Numbered from the stretch's first letter, positions 1 to 10,562 are shown. The stretch is 55,365 nucleotides of DNA from a virus (IMGVR_UViG_3300037722_000166:1-55365); one strand, 5' to 3'. Made by a program: numbers and translations. The notes: generated by a model from the sequence alone, not told the origin.

Positions 1-5
1 CGACT

Positions 6-52
6 GGGCGGGACACCGGGGGGTTGTCCCGCCCTACCTTCTTTACCCCCGG
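6..52 (+). other. GC-rich hairpin with possible H-type pseudoknot
   Basis: GGGCGGGACA (6-15) pairs perfectly with TGTCCCGCCC (25-34). Loop bases CCGGGGG (16-22) are complementary to CCCCCGG (46-52). Confidence 0.4.
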
Positions 53-81
53 GTGCAAGGTACAATCAGGTAATCGTACAT

Positions 82-112
82 AGGGGCACCGTTCTATCGG
101 TGTCCCTTTTTT
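82..112 (+). terminator. Rho-independent terminator-like hairpin
   Basis: AGGGGCACCG-TTCTAT-CGGTGTCCCT stem (one G:U pair) followed by a T run. Confidence 0.65.
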
Positions 113-115
113 GTT

Positions 116-1309
116 ATGTCAGTTCAAGAACGTATCAACAGATTGCTGTGGGATAGGCGACTCATTCTGCTTCCTAAGGATATGGATGCACCAGAGGGTC
201 TAGATTACGTTATCCTCAAGGACTTGAGTCTAGATGATCGTAATTACTACTTGTTCATCCGTGACCTAGAGGAACACAAGGCTCGTGCCGAGGGTGTTCC
301 TACTGAGGGCGAGATCATGGAGAATGCTCGTCAGTCCGGTTACTGGAACAAGGATGACGATGACGTTGTTGAGCGTGCCGATGATCATATCGCTTTTCTA
401 GAGGGGGAGTTCAAGGCCAAAGCCAAATTCAAGTCGCGACAGAATATCATCAAGCTCCAGATTGACGATGCTCACGCAAAGAAAGAGCATGTTCAAGCTA
501 AGAAGAATCATCTGAAGCAACAGACAGCAGAATACTTGGCACACGAGGTTGCCTCGTTTATGCTGCTTCGGAAGGTAGCTCTCAGACCAGATGAGAAACC
601 GCTGATTCCTGATGATGCCACCTACCTGCACTTCAAAGAGAACTACCTCATGTTGGTATTCTATCTCATCTATGAGATGATGAGTGAAGGAGCAATGGAA
701 ACCCCCGACATTAGGGAGATTGCTAGGTCAACTGAGTGGCGGTTGACTTGGGGACTAGCACGCGAAAATCTCCCCAGCATTTTTGGGCGTACAGTGGGTG
801 ACTTCAACATCAATCACAAGATGCTCATTTACTGGAGCCGTGTATACGACTCAGCTTTCGAGACTACAGATCCTCCCGATCATGAAATTGTAGATGACGA
901 TGATCGCTTTGACGATTGGCTTGCTACTCGTGATCTCGCGAGACATGACAAGCTTGGTCGCAGTATGGCTACCGACCATCATCAAGAACGAGGACACGTC
1001 CTTGACGGTGAATACATTGAGAAATGTGTTTGTGGTATGAAAGCAAGGAACGCAGGCAAGGGCTTGGGGGAACGTCTCCCCCATCAACAGCATTGCCTTT
1101 ATGGTACGTGGCACGAGTTCGCACAGGACGAAAAGGAAGCTCGGGCACGTCAGGTGTATGGACGCAATACAAAGACCGTACGCAAGTTGTTGGATAACGA
1201 ACAAGAGAGAGTGTTGCAGAAGGGCGTCATCGAAGAACAAGATCTTCGTGGCAAGAAAACACGCAGCATGCTCAGTATGCCAACCAAAGTCATTCCGATT
1301 AGAAGATGA
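116..1309 (+). CDS. Phage protein, putative tail assembly chaperone (long paralog)
   Basis: 397-aa ORF with native codon usage upstream of the tape measure. Shares an EGV-x10-G-x-W-x3-D block with 1858..2649. Confidence 0.45.
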   Translation: MSVQERINRLLWDRRLILLPKDMDAPEGLDYVILKDLSLDDRNYYLFIRDLEEHKARAEGVPTEGEIMENARQSGYWNKDDDDVVERADDHIAFLEGEFKAKAKFKSRQNIIKLQIDDAHAKKEHVQAKKNHLKQQTAEYLAHEVASFMLLRKVALRPDEKPLIPDDATYLHFKENYLMLVFYLIYEMMSEGAMETPDIREIARSTEWRLTWGLARENLPSIFGRTVGDFNINHKMLIYWSRVYDSAFETTDPPDHEIVDDDDRFDDWLATRDLARHDKLGRSMATDHHQERGHVLDGEYIEKCVCGMKARNAGKGLGERLPHQQHCLYGTWHEFAQDEKEARARQVYGRNTKTVRKLLDNEQERVLQKGVIEEQDLRGKKTRSMLSMPTKVIPIRR

Positions 1310-1854
1310 AAACGAACCCCTCAAGAGAACAGCTCAGCAAGAGCATTGATCGCAGGATCAAGCATCTTATGATTCGCACGCTGGAGAAGTTTGAAGACTC
1401 CTTCCCAGACCTGGAAGAGACCAGGGATGGACGGATCTACAAAGGCGATATCCGCAACGCATTCAACGATGTTATGCGAGCACAACGAGACGAGCTACGA
1501 GACTATGATGTTGAGTACCGCCCCTTGCAGCTCACTGACGACAACAAGTTGGCCCTCACACAGACATTCTTGCGTAGCGTACAGAAGGTTGATTTCGGCT
1601 TTACAGAAGACAGTAAGCCCTATGTTGAATTCTATGGTGGTGCCGACAGCCTGAGCGTCCTGAATGCCGTCAGATCTGAAATGGATGCTGGCATTCTACT
1701 ACGTCAAGAGGAAGGCTGGGTGCTGCTGATTGCTGGCACAGACACAGTAGTAAATAGTGTATTACCTATTGTGGATCGATATCGTCTGCACGGGAGCGTA
1801 GCTCCCAGGTACGGTGAGTGGCGGGATCAGGTTGTTAGTGTTTACAGGAGCTAG
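1306..1854 (+). CDS. Hypothetical phage protein
   Basis: 182-aa ORF overlapping the upstream stop, native codon usage. Confidence 0.6.
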   Translation: MKTNPSREQLSKSIDRRIKHLMIRTLEKFEDSFPDLEETRDGRIYKGDIRNAFNDVMRAQRDELRDYDVEYRPLQLTDDNKLALTQTFLRSVQKVDFGFTEDSKPYVEFYGGADSLSVLNAVRSEMDAGILLRQEEGWVLLIAGTDTVVNSVLPIVDRYRLHGSVAPRYGEWRDQVVSVYRS

Positions 1855-1857
1855 GTT

Positions 1858-2649
1858 ATGGTAGAACGAATTTTCAGAGCGACGGATCGCACGGGTAACG
1901 TGTCCGAATTCGAGCTAGTGCCCCCGACAGTGGGCGTAGAGAACGAAGGCGAACGCCAGTATCGTGTGGCGTACAGTAAGTCCTTGGTAGAGGGTGTTTT
2001 CCCTCGTGAAAAGCTACGTGAGATCATGCGAGATCACGGCATGTGGACCGAGAACGATGAGCACGAACTCAAAAAAGCTGTAGGCAAAATCGCACTCCTT
2101 CAGATCGACCTGAAGAATGCTGAGTCCGAGGGCAACGACAAACGTTGCGTGGAACTTGCCAAGCTAATCGGCCTTCAACGTCGCCGCATGTGGGAGCTAT
2201 TCCTTATCCAGCAGACAGTCTACATGAACTCTGCTGAGGGCGTTGCCGAGATGATCAAGACTGAAACGGTCATGGCCGCCTGTACCGTACTAAAGTCTAC
2301 TGGTAAACGCTATTGGGCAGACTACGCCGAATACGTACGTGAGCGTGACCTAAACACTAAGTCTAACGTGTACGCTACGGTTGTCCAATTGCAGGCGACC
2401 CTTCTAGATGAAGCCCGTCGTGGACTCCTGGCAGACTACCCTGAGGCATCGTACCTCAAGACGCCGCAAGAAGCCATGATGGATCGTGAGATCGAGGAAG
2501 AGGTCGTGAAGACTCTCCACGGTAGGGCAGATGCAGCTATCGAGGCTGACGCCAAGAAGAATCCGACCCGGAAGAAGGCTACAAAGAAAAAGGTAACTCG
2601 TAAGAAGGCGAGCACTCGTGGCAAGAAACTGGAACCTAAGACTGATTAG
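1858..2649 (+). CDS. Phage protein, putative tail assembly chaperone (short paralog) with Lys-rich tail
   Basis: 263 aa, AGGAG RBS, helical, similar to the N-terminal half of 116..1309. C-terminus KKNPTRKKATKKKVTRKK. Confidence 0.45.
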   Translation: MVERIFRATDRTGNVSEFELVPPTVGVENEGERQYRVAYSKSLVEGVFPREKLREIMRDHGMWTENDEHELKKAVGKIALLQIDLKNAESEGNDKRCVELAKLIGLQRRRMWELFLIQQTVYMNSAEGVAEMIKTETVMAACTVLKSTGKRYWADYAEYVRERDLNTKSNVYATVVQLQATLLDEARRGLLADYPEASYLKTPQEAMMDREIEEEVVKTLHGRADAAIEADAKKNPTRKKATKKKVTRKKASTRGKKLEPKTD

Positions 2650-3265
2650 ACCTACCCAGTCGATTACGGCTGCGGTCAATAAGGGCTGGACAATGGCCCT
2701 GAAGGATCTACAGAAATGGATCGAGACTGATCTCGTCCGTGCTATGGTGTACGGTGGGCTCGGTCTACAGGGCATTGCAGACACGCCATTTTACAAGTTC
2801 GTTATCAGTCCAGACGGCCTGAGCCAGCTTGGCATCGAAAAGACAGAACCGCCGAAACTTTTGGCGGCATATGAGCGTACTATTAAGGTAAGCCGTACCA
2901 ATAACTTAGTCAAGATCCAATTCGGAGACATGGCACAACTGAAGTTGGCCACCCCGCACCCTGCCTCTGGCACGGGTCACCTCCAGATCGAGTCCTGGCT
3001 AGAATGGGTTACGGATAAAAAGAAAGTCCAAAGTGGGTTCGTCCCACGTTCACGAGTTCCAAAGGCAATCCAGAAGAACATTAGAGTTAAAAGTGCTCCC
3101 GGCGGCTTGATGCTGCCCAAGGGGACATTTGGTAGTACGGGACTGTGGCGTTTTCCGCCGCAGCTTGCTGACTTCGAGAAGAGATGGTTGCGTGCCAATG
3201 CGGCCAAGATCGAGAAGCTACTGCAACAACAGTCCATTGTGTTTTTGAGCAAGAGTGTTAGCTAA
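2618..3265 (+). CDS. Hypothetical protein in the tail module
   Basis: 215-aa ORF with GTG start. Its stop overlaps the tape measure ATG (TAATG). Confidence 0.6.
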   Translation: MARNWNLRLIRPTQSITAAVNKGWTMALKDLQKWIETDLVRAMVYGGLGLQGIADTPFYKFVISPDGLSQLGIEKTEPPKLLAAYERTIKVSRTNNLVKIQFGDMAQLKLATPHPASGTGHLQIESWLEWVTDKKKVQSGFVPRSRVPKAIQKNIRVKSAPGGLMLPKGTFGSTGLWRFPPQLADFEKRWLRANAAKIEKLLQQQSIVFLSKSVS

Positions 3266-6200
3266 TGGCTAAAGTCCAACTAGATGCTGTCCTAAAGCTG
3301 GTTGACGTACAGATCAACCCACAGGTGTTCCGCAAGATCAGCCAAGCTGTTGCGGGCCTACCTCCTGCTTTGTCACAGACTAACACTCACCTCAAGAAGA
3401 TCCAGGGTACTACCCAGGGCGTCAACAAGAAGCTGGCGAAGACTGGGGCCCAACTAAACACAAACGAGCGTGCCGCTCGCTTGTTCTTGCAGCGTATGGC
3501 TCAGTTCGCCATTTTGCTGCCGACGTTCGCCACGCTCAACCGTGCTATCCAGGGAAGTGTAACCTTCCTATTCGAATTCGACAGTGCCCTGAGGGATATT
3601 GTTCGAGTCGATGTTGGCGGTCTAACCGACCGCATGGAAGAAATCGGTGATGCGGCTCTACGTACTGCCGCCGACTTCGGCGTGACTGCGGCAGAAGTTC
3701 TGTCCACTACTCGTGTTTTCAAGCAGGCTGGTGATACCATTGAGGAATCCCAGGAGCGTGCTCGCGTTGCTATTCTTGCTACCCAGATCTCTACGTTGTC
3801 TGCCGCTCAGGCCACTGAGGTTTTCATTGCTGCTGCTCGTCAGTTTGGTGATGTTGGTCAAGACTCTGCTGCCGTGCTTGATAAGTTGGCCAAGACTGAG
3901 GACATCGCTGCCGTCAACGCGGCTGATGTTGCCGAAGCCTTCCGTGCTGGTGGTAACGCTTTTGCCGAGTTTACTGGTAGTATCGATGATTCCATTGGCT
4001 TGATCGCTGCCCTTCGTGAACAGACTCGTAAGTCTGGTCGTGAAGTTGGTACGTTCTTCAAGACTCTACAGACCCGTATCTTTGCTGCTGGTGACGCGAG
4101 AAGTGCCATTGAGGCTCTTGGTGTTACGGTTGAAAACCTAGACGGATCTTTGCGTCCGACCCTTGATGTCTTGAATGACCTCAAGGAACGGTTTGATGGG
4201 CTTACTCAGGCTCAACAAGCTAACGCAGCGAAGTCCATTGCTGGTATCCGTCAGTTCGAGTCCCTAGTCGCTACGCTCAACTCTCTTGGTAAGGCCAATG
4301 AGTTTGCTGCCGAGTCGGCTGCTGCCGCTGGTACTGCCGAAGAGAAGCGTTTGATCACAGATGCGAAACTTGAGCGTCAACTTGGTAAGCTGGTTGCTGA
4401 AGGACAATTGTTTGCTGAGGCTCTAGGTGATGCTGGTCTAGAAGATAGCTTGGCTGGCGTGCTCAAGATTGCTACAGGCATCCTAAAGGCTTTCACGTCT
4501 CTAGCTGATGTTGTGTCTAGCATTGGTGGTAGTATCACTCCGCTACTTGCTTTTGGTGGTGTAACTCTTGGTCGTAGTGTCTTTGGTCTTGCTGGCAAGG
4601 GTGGCCCCGGTGGCGGTGCTGGTGCTGGTCCCACGGGGCCGCGTGCTGGTGATGCAGGATTCATTGGTCCGCTTACCAAAGTACAAAGCCAGATGGCTTC
4701 GTTTGGTACACAGATTGGTAGAGTCGGTGGGGTTTTCAAGAGTCTAGGAGCACTCAGCAAAGATCTCGCAAAGGAAACTCTACTACGTACTCAAGTATCA
4801 AAGGCCAATGGCATTCAGCTTGGTGCATCTAACCAAGCGTTCAAAGTACACACGCAAGCGATCAAGACGAACATCACGGCGATCAAGGCTTCCGAAGCCG
4901 CTCGCTTGCGTGAGCGTGGTAGCCCGCTAGGTGGTGGAGCCGGAACGCTTCTGCTGTCGTTGGTTGGTACTGCACTTCCGGCTGCTCTGAGTTCTGCTGC
5001 GAACGGACTTCGTACGTTCGATAATGGAATCGCACAAACCAGTGCTGATATCTTGGATGTTAGTAAGGGTGGCCTTGGTCTTGCCGCTCAGTTCGCTGTG
5101 CTTGGTCCACAGGCTGCTGCTGTGGCTGGTGCCTTCGGTATTGTTCAATCGTCTGTTATGACTATCATTACAGCAGTCGAAGAAGAGATTGATGCCCGTA
5201 AGGAAATTGCTGCGGCACAGAGGGAAGAGGCCGCACGAATCAAGGGTGGCGGTAGACTAACTGGTCGCACCGAAGGCTCTCTTGATGTTCAGGGTGCTTT
5301 GATCGAAGCTCTCCGTAGTGGAGTTGCTGGTCAGCGTGTTGGCAAGGATCTTGCTGCCGGTATCGAAGAGGGATTCACTTCCTTTACTAGAACCGCTGAA
5401 GCTCAAGAAGCTATGCTCACGACTAATGAGCGTGTGCGTGAGTCGTTGCTCAAGAACATTGACACCTTCAAGACGTTCGTCAATAACAATGAGGACTTGA
5501 TCAAGTCTACTGCTGATAGTGCAGAACAGATCAAGGCTTTCGAAGAACTACAGCAACTATTGGCCAACGGCACTAATGCCGATCTTGGTCCTGCTTTCAA
5601 TAGACTCTTGGTAACCTTGGGTGCTACTGTACCTGAGATCAATGAGTTTACTGGTGCTATGACAGAAGCCCGTAAGGACTTCAGTGAGTTCCAGAAGGTC
5701 TTGCAGCTTCAGGCATTCGCTGATAGCATTAGAACATTGGGCTTGGAGCTAGAGCTTGCACAGCTTGGTCCCGAGGCTTTGGCTGACTCTGTGGTACGTC
5801 TAACAAACGAGCTACTAGTTGCAGAGCGTCAGTCGAGCAATACGTCGGCTCGTCTTGAAACAGAACTAGCTGGACTGTTCGAGCGTCTAAGTGATGAGTT
5901 TACTGTTGGCCTGAACCCCGCTGGTCTCTCCGCTGCTGCGTTCTTCAACAAAGTGAACGATGGTGTTGAAACTCTGGATCCCAAGAAGATCGCGGAGTTC
6001 GAAGCCTTCATTGCTAAGTTGCCCAAGACTCAGCAGAAAGCCGCCAAGGAAATCCTTGGTATCCTTGAGAAGCAACTTCAAGAAGAGATTACTATTCAGG
6101 GGCAGCGTAATGAACTGCAACAGGAACAGAATCGTCGTGCGACCGACCTACTGAACGCAGAGGCACAGGCCGCCCAAAATGCTTTCGAGTCAACTCGCAA

Positions 6201-8493
6201 GTTTACAGCCGAGCTACAGCAATTCGGTGAAACAGTGAGTACAGATGTGCTTGCTGCTTTCCAGGGCATTAGTCTAGATGATGTGGATGCCGTATTGGGA
6301 GGTTCGTCTGATCTTAGTGCTGGCCTACAGGAATTGATCCAGGGTGCGTTTGCTGATCCTATCGCTAAGGCCGAGATGGAACTCAAGGCTTCCACGGCAT
6401 CGACAGCAGCAGAGATGGATATTCTGGCCAGTCGTTTGGATCTTGTCAATGCTAAACTAGAGGACGAGTCCGAGGCTGCTAACTTTGCTGCTCTTACCAC
6501 AGAGAAGCATGCTCTAGAACTCGACATGGAGAGGGCCGCACAGACGGCTGCCGTAGAAGAGACTAAGCTCAAGATCAAGGTTCTTGAAGCCGAAAGAGAC
6601 GCCGAGGAAGATGCTGCGGAAGCAGCCAAGAAGCGTGCCGAGCTACTAGAGAAGCTGGCAGACGCCTCTCGTGCATTTGATCAGGAACTCAAGGACGTTG
6701 AGCGTACCTTCCAGGATTTCCAGAGAGACAAGATTGCCGACCTATTGGGTAAAGAGACTGACGCTCGTAGTGAGCTGAAGGAAGCCCAACAGGAGGTTCT
6801 ATCTACTACACAAGAGCTGGCTGAGGCTTATGCTAACCTCATCAAAGCACAGCTAGAATTCAATGGTGCGATTGCCGAGGCTCGCATCAAGAGTGCCCTA
6901 TTGGCCCGTGACATCGGTATGCTCACTGGCGAAATCGTTACCTTTGATCAGGGGCTCGCCTCGATTGGTAACGCATTCCGTGGTGTGCTAGATGATGCGA
7001 ACATCACCCTACAGAAGAGAATTGACCTTGAGCGTCAGCTTGCTGAAGAGACGCTGGCCTTCTTGGAGCAGGCGAAGAGTGAGATCGTCAACGCTGGATT
7101 GGGTATCTTTGGTCAGAGTGGTTCCGAGAACCAAGCTCTTGGTCAGGGTATTGCTGGACTACAGTTTGTTGCCGATCAGCTTGGTGGATCGTTTGAATCC
7201 TTCTTGAGCTTGACTCAGGGAGAACTATCCTCTGTGACAGAAACTCTACTTGGTCTACCAGTCGAGTTCCGTCAGCAGATCCTAGACGCTCTATCGTTCT
7301 TGCCTAGCAGCACGAACATTGGTGGCTTCTCTGTCGAGCAACTAACCCAGGCCATTGGTCAGGTTGGTGCTGGTGTATCGCCCGAAGCTGGTCTACCTTC
7401 TATTGAAGAACTGAACGGCCAACAGGTCGAGCAGTTGACTAAGCTACAAGAGATTGCTCTCCAGGACGCCCAATTGCAGTTCGCTCAAGTGATCGCTGCT
7501 CAGGAGCAGTTGATGGCTGCGGAAGAAGCCGCTGAAGCCGCTAAGCTTCTAGAGGAGCGTGCATCTGAAAACCTCGAAGCAGTACGTGATGCTGTCCTAG
7601 AGGAGAAAGCCGTTCTTGATCTAGCCAACGACGAACGTCGTGAGTTGCTTGCTGCCGTTGTGGCTGCAGACGACAAGAACACTTTGATGCAGATCGAGAA
7701 GGAAGCTCAGTTATTCTCTGAGCAGAACGCTACATTCCGTGAGGTTGGAGATATCATCGTTCAGGGCATTAGCTCTGCGATTGGTGGTAAGCTGGCTGTT
7801 TTGGAAGCCGCTGCCAACGTAGGTGGAGCAGCCAAGGGCTACCTACCGAACTTCTCTAAAGGTAACCTCACCCCAGGTGAAGCTGCTGGACTACTTCGTG
7901 CCGGTGCTCGTGAAAAGCGAGCTATGCCGGGTGGAGCTGGTCTGGCGGTTGCCAACACAAGTGAAGCGATCATTCCGATGCGGAATGGTGGTTTCATCCC
8001 CAACTTCCAAGATGGTAACAGTGATATCTCCGCTGGTATTTCTGCGATCAAGAGTATCAACGAAACAGTCGTTGCTGCCATCGCTCGCTCTGTAACTGCT
8101 GCTCTGACAGACCTAGAAGGTGGAGGCGGCAACACTGAGGAGTTGTTGAGTGAAGTGATCAGTCAGTTGAGTTCTCTCAATAGTACAACTGATGACATCA
8201 ACACTAGCAACGCTACTGTAGCTACCAATACTGCCGCCGACACCGCTGGTACTGGAACTGCTACACAGACATCTGCTACGCAGCGTGTTGAGATCTCGCT
8301 ACAGACCAACCAGAACAACACCGTGAGTGTTACTGGATTGGATAGTCTACGCTCTGAGCTAGAGGCCGCCATTACTGAGACTACAGCAGATCAAGTGGAC
8401 TCTCAGGTTTCTGCTCTGTTGGAACAGCTTGATGAAGTCATCACGGCTCTCCAAGAGCGTGGCATTTTGAGTTCCTTCGGGCAGACGAGGTAA
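3265..8493 (+). CDS. Tail tape measure protein (TP901-type core)
   Basis: 1742 aa, Ala/Leu/Glu-rich helical. Typical TMP core (FEFDSALRDI...EQTRKSGREVGTFFKTLQTRI...LGVTVENLDGSLRPTLDVLNDL), coiled coils, and C-terminal GYLPNF/GFIPNF repeats. Confidence 0.9.
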   Translation: MAKVQLDAVLKLVDVQINPQVFRKISQAVAGLPPALSQTNTHLKKIQGTTQGVNKKLAKTGAQLNTNERAARLFLQRMAQFAILLPTFATLNRAIQGSVTFLFEFDSALRDIVRVDVGGLTDRMEEIGDAALRTAADFGVTAAEVLSTTRVFKQAGDTIEESQERARVAILATQISTLSAAQATEVFIAAARQFGDVGQDSAAVLDKLAKTEDIAAVNAADVAEAFRAGGNAFAEFTGSIDDSIGLIAALREQTRKSGREVGTFFKTLQTRIFAAGDARSAIEALGVTVENLDGSLRPTLDVLNDLKERFDGLTQAQQANAAKSIAGIRQFESLVATLNSLGKANEFAAESAAAAGTAEEKRLITDAKLERQLGKLVAEGQLFAEALGDAGLEDSLAGVLKIATGILKAFTSLADVVSSIGGSITPLLAFGGVTLGRSVFGLAGKGGPGGGAGAGPTGPRAGDAGFIGPLTKVQSQMASFGTQIGRVGGVFKSLGALSKDLAKETLLRTQVSKANGIQLGASNQAFKVHTQAIKTNITAIKASEAARLRERGSPLGGGAGTLLLSLVGTALPAALSSAANGLRTFDNGIAQTSADILDVSKGGLGLAAQFAVLGPQAAAVAGAFGIVQSSVMTIITAVEEEIDARKEIAAAQREEAARIKGGGRLTGRTEGSLDVQGALIEALRSGVAGQRVGKDLAAGIEEGFTSFTRTAEAQEAMLTTNERVRESLLKNIDTFKTFVNNNEDLIKSTADSAEQIKAFEELQQLLANGTNADLGPAFNRLLVTLGATVPEINEFTGAMTEARKDFSEFQKVLQLQAFADSIRTLGLELELAQLGPEALADSVVRLTNELLVAERQSSNTSARLETELAGLFERLSDEFTVGLNPAGLSAAAFFNKVNDGVETLDPKKIAEFEAFIAKLPKTQQKAAKEILGILEKQLQEEITIQGQRNELQQEQNRRATDLLNAEAQAAQNAFESTRKFTAELQQFGETVSTDVLAAFQGISLDDVDAVLGGSSDLSAGLQELIQGAFADPIAKAEMELKASTASTAAEMDILASRLDLVNAKLEDESEAANFAALTTEKHALELDMERAAQTAAVEETKLKIKVLEAERDAEEDAAEAAKKRAELLEKLADASRAFDQELKDVERTFQDFQRDKIADLLGKETDARSELKEAQQEVLSTTQELAEAYANLIKAQLEFNGAIAEARIKSALLARDIGMLTGEIVTFDQGLASIGNAFRGVLDDANITLQKRIDLERQLAEETLAFLEQAKSEIVNAGLGIFGQSGSENQALGQGIAGLQFVADQLGGSFESFLSLTQGELSSVTETLLGLPVEFRQQILDALSFLPSSTNIGGFSVEQLTQAIGQVGAGVSPEAGLPSIEELNGQQVEQLTKLQEIALQDAQLQFAQVIAAQEQLMAAEEAAEAAKLLEERASENLEAVRDAVLEEKAVLDLANDERRELLAAVVAADDKNTLMQIEKEAQLFSEQNATFREVGDIIVQGISSAIGGKLAVLEAAANVGGAAKGYLPNFSKGNLTPGEAAGLLRAGAREKRAMPGGAGLAVANTSEAIIPMRNGGFIPNFQDGNSDISAGISAIKSINETVVAAIARSVTAALTDLEGGGGNTEELLSEVISQLSSLNSTTDDINTSNATVATNTAADTAGTGTATQTSATQRVEISLQTNQNNTVSVTGLDSLRSELEAAITETTADQVDSQVSALLEQLDEVITALQERGILSSFGQTR

Positions 8494-8496
8494 TAG

Positions 8497-10002
8497 ATGA
8501 ACGTACAATCTGAAGTCAATCCTCTATCACCCGCAGCAGTAGAGGTCTATTACAACGGCTGTAAGCTGACGCCCGCCCCGCTCATTGATTGGACGGTCGA
8601 GCCTCAATTTGATGATACTGGTGTTCGTACCTCTGATCTCAATAAGCTGACGCTTACTGGTACAGTGCTTGTTCTACCGTCTGGTAGTTACGAGCAGATG
8701 TATATCAAGCAGGAGGAGCTTCGTACTGCCTTCTCAGTGGACGATAAGGATTTCGTCATCCTGGCTGGTCCGGGCAACAAGACGTTGGCTGAAGGCACGA
8801 TCATTTGTTCTGGTCTCAAGCCCAAGGTCACTAACCTTACTATCCCTGCCGACACGCAATTCCAGCGTATCGACTACACGATTGAGCTAGAAGATCAAGT
8901 AACGGTCTCTGGTGTTAGTGGCGTTACGTCAAGCCTGAGTGACCAGTGGAGCTTTGCCGAAGACCCGGATAGCTGCACCGTCAATGTTACTCACCAAGTC
9001 AACGCTGAAGGTCCGGATGGAGAGTCTGACAAATTCGAGCAGGCCCTCCGTGCCGTCAAGGCTCGTCTTGGTATTGATAAGCTTCCTCTATCTATTCCAT
9101 GCTTCGTACAACCAAACGCCTCTGGCTTGTTTGGGTTTACGCATCCATCTGTAGCTGGCGGCGGACCAATCTTTGAGGTCTCTGTTCAGAGAGAAGAAGT
9201 CGCTGACATTGCCAATGGTACATATCAGGCCACTGAGATCTTCACGATTGTTAGCGGTGTACCATTCTATTTCAATCAGCGTACGGAGTCTTTCGAGGAG
9301 GACTCGAATGGTGTAGCCACCGTTACTATTGGTGGTACCGTTCAAGGACTAGGTAGAACGCTGTCTCCGGGTGAGCCCGATGGTGGTCCTGGCTTTGCTC
9401 GTGCGTGCTCTGGTTACATCAACGTCATTCGTCCCCAACTCAAGTGGGATGCCTCTGGCGTATACGAAAAGTACAAGGAGGGAAGTGCTGGTAGTGGTTT
9501 GGCCCTGTTCAACCCGACAGCCTTTACTGTCTCTCAGAATAAGTGTCGTGGCACGGTTGATTTCTCTGTCACCTACACGGATGATCCTAGTGCTAACCTG
9601 CCCAGCGGTATCACTAGTCGTACATGCAGCGTTTCCGTTGTAAATGGTACGCGACTACAAGTGAGTCACACGATTCCGTTCAGACGCCTTGGTAACATCG
9701 TCCAGGACATGAAGACGACTAACGAAGGTACAATGTCGATTCAGTGTCAGGCACAAGCTAAGAACACAGGCAATCCCACAAACGACACTAACCTTGCTAT
9801 TGCTTTTGTTCAGGACGAAATCAACAGACTGAAAAACGCTAATGCAAACCCGGCAAACTTTGTCAGTATCCGTGTCAACGGCCTGAACGAACAGTTTAGC
9901 GACACCGACCTCACGAGTAGCGTGACTCTTGATCTGGCATTCGTTGTTGACCTATCTACTGTTCCTGACATCAATGCCGATATCTCGCTGAGGACTCTAT
10001 AA
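8497..10002 (+). CDS. Putative distal tail / baseplate hub structural protein
   Basis: 501-aa beta-rich (Thr/Val/Ser) ORF directly after the tape measure. Positional inference. Confidence 0.5.
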   Translation: MNVQSEVNPLSPAAVEVYYNGCKLTPAPLIDWTVEPQFDDTGVRTSDLNKLTLTGTVLVLPSGSYEQMYIKQEELRTAFSVDDKDFVILAGPGNKTLAEGTIICSGLKPKVTNLTIPADTQFQRIDYTIELEDQVTVSGVSGVTSSLSDQWSFAEDPDSCTVNVTHQVNAEGPDGESDKFEQALRAVKARLGIDKLPLSIPCFVQPNASGLFGFTHPSVAGGGPIFEVSVQREEVADIANGTYQATEIFTIVSGVPFYFNQRTESFEEDSNGVATVTIGGTVQGLGRTLSPGEPDGGPGFARACSGYINVIRPQLKWDASGVYEKYKEGSAGSGLALFNPTAFTVSQNKCRGTVDFSVTYTDDPSANLPSGITSRTCSVSVVNGTRLQVSHTIPFRRLGNIVQDMKTTNEGTMSIQCQAQAKNTGNPTNDTNLAIAFVQDEINRLKNANANPANFVSIRVNGLNEQFSDTDLTSSVTLDLAFVVDLSTVPDINADISLRTL

Positions 10003-10562
10003 TGGTAAACTTTCCCGACGTAGAATGGATCCAGCAAGATCCCGGGACAGACCCGTCTGGTCAGCGTGATCAGAAGTCGGGAGCAGCGGGATTCTTGAGA
10101 GTGCTGAACACCGCCGCTGGTGGTGAACTCAACTATGGTCAGTTGAACACGACTGGCTCTGGTGCAATCACAGACACTCTATTGGCATACGCCAGGGTCG
10201 ATGACTTTGGTGATGCTAGTGGCGTATTCAATATGCGTATGTTCTTGACTAATGTGCTATCCTGGAACATTGGCACGTATCGCTTTTTGGAGCAGAAACA
10301 ACTACACTTCGTTCCGAACTTGACGCTGGACTCGTCGGCTCAAGACACTCCGACCATCGTTCCAACATCCCCAAACCTATCAGGTACTATCACAGAACCA
10401 GAGTGGCCCCTTGGTAAGCCTTGGATGAGTGGCCTATTGGACAATGATGTGAGCCAGTATGTGCATCTAGCTGTTGAGGTTGGTAATGATGTGCCGGTGG
10501 GTACATATGGTGGTGCGGGGGCGGGATCGTTTCGCTATAGGCTACTGTTCGATTTCTCCTGA
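10002..10562 (+). CDS. Putative virion structural protein (paralog of 11636..12289)
   Basis: 186 aa, beta-rich. C-terminal SQYVHLAVEV..VPVGTYG..GAGSFRYRLLFDF matches the paralog. Confidence 0.55.
   Translation: MVNFPDVEWIQQDPGTDPSGQRDQKSGAAGFLRVLNTAAGGELNYGQLNTTGSGAITDTLLAYARVDDFGDASGVFNMRMFLTNVLSWNIGTYRFLEQKQLHFVPNLTLDSSAQDTPTIVPTSPNLSGTITEPEWPLGKPWMSGLLDNDVSQYVHLAVEVGNDVPVGTYGGAGAGSFRYRLLFDFS

Noticed and set aside
2581-2595. G-AAA-AAG as a tail chaperone -1 frameshift site
   Set aside because: It is an imperfect slippery heptamer, and the downstream ORF (2618) is in the +1 frame, not -1.
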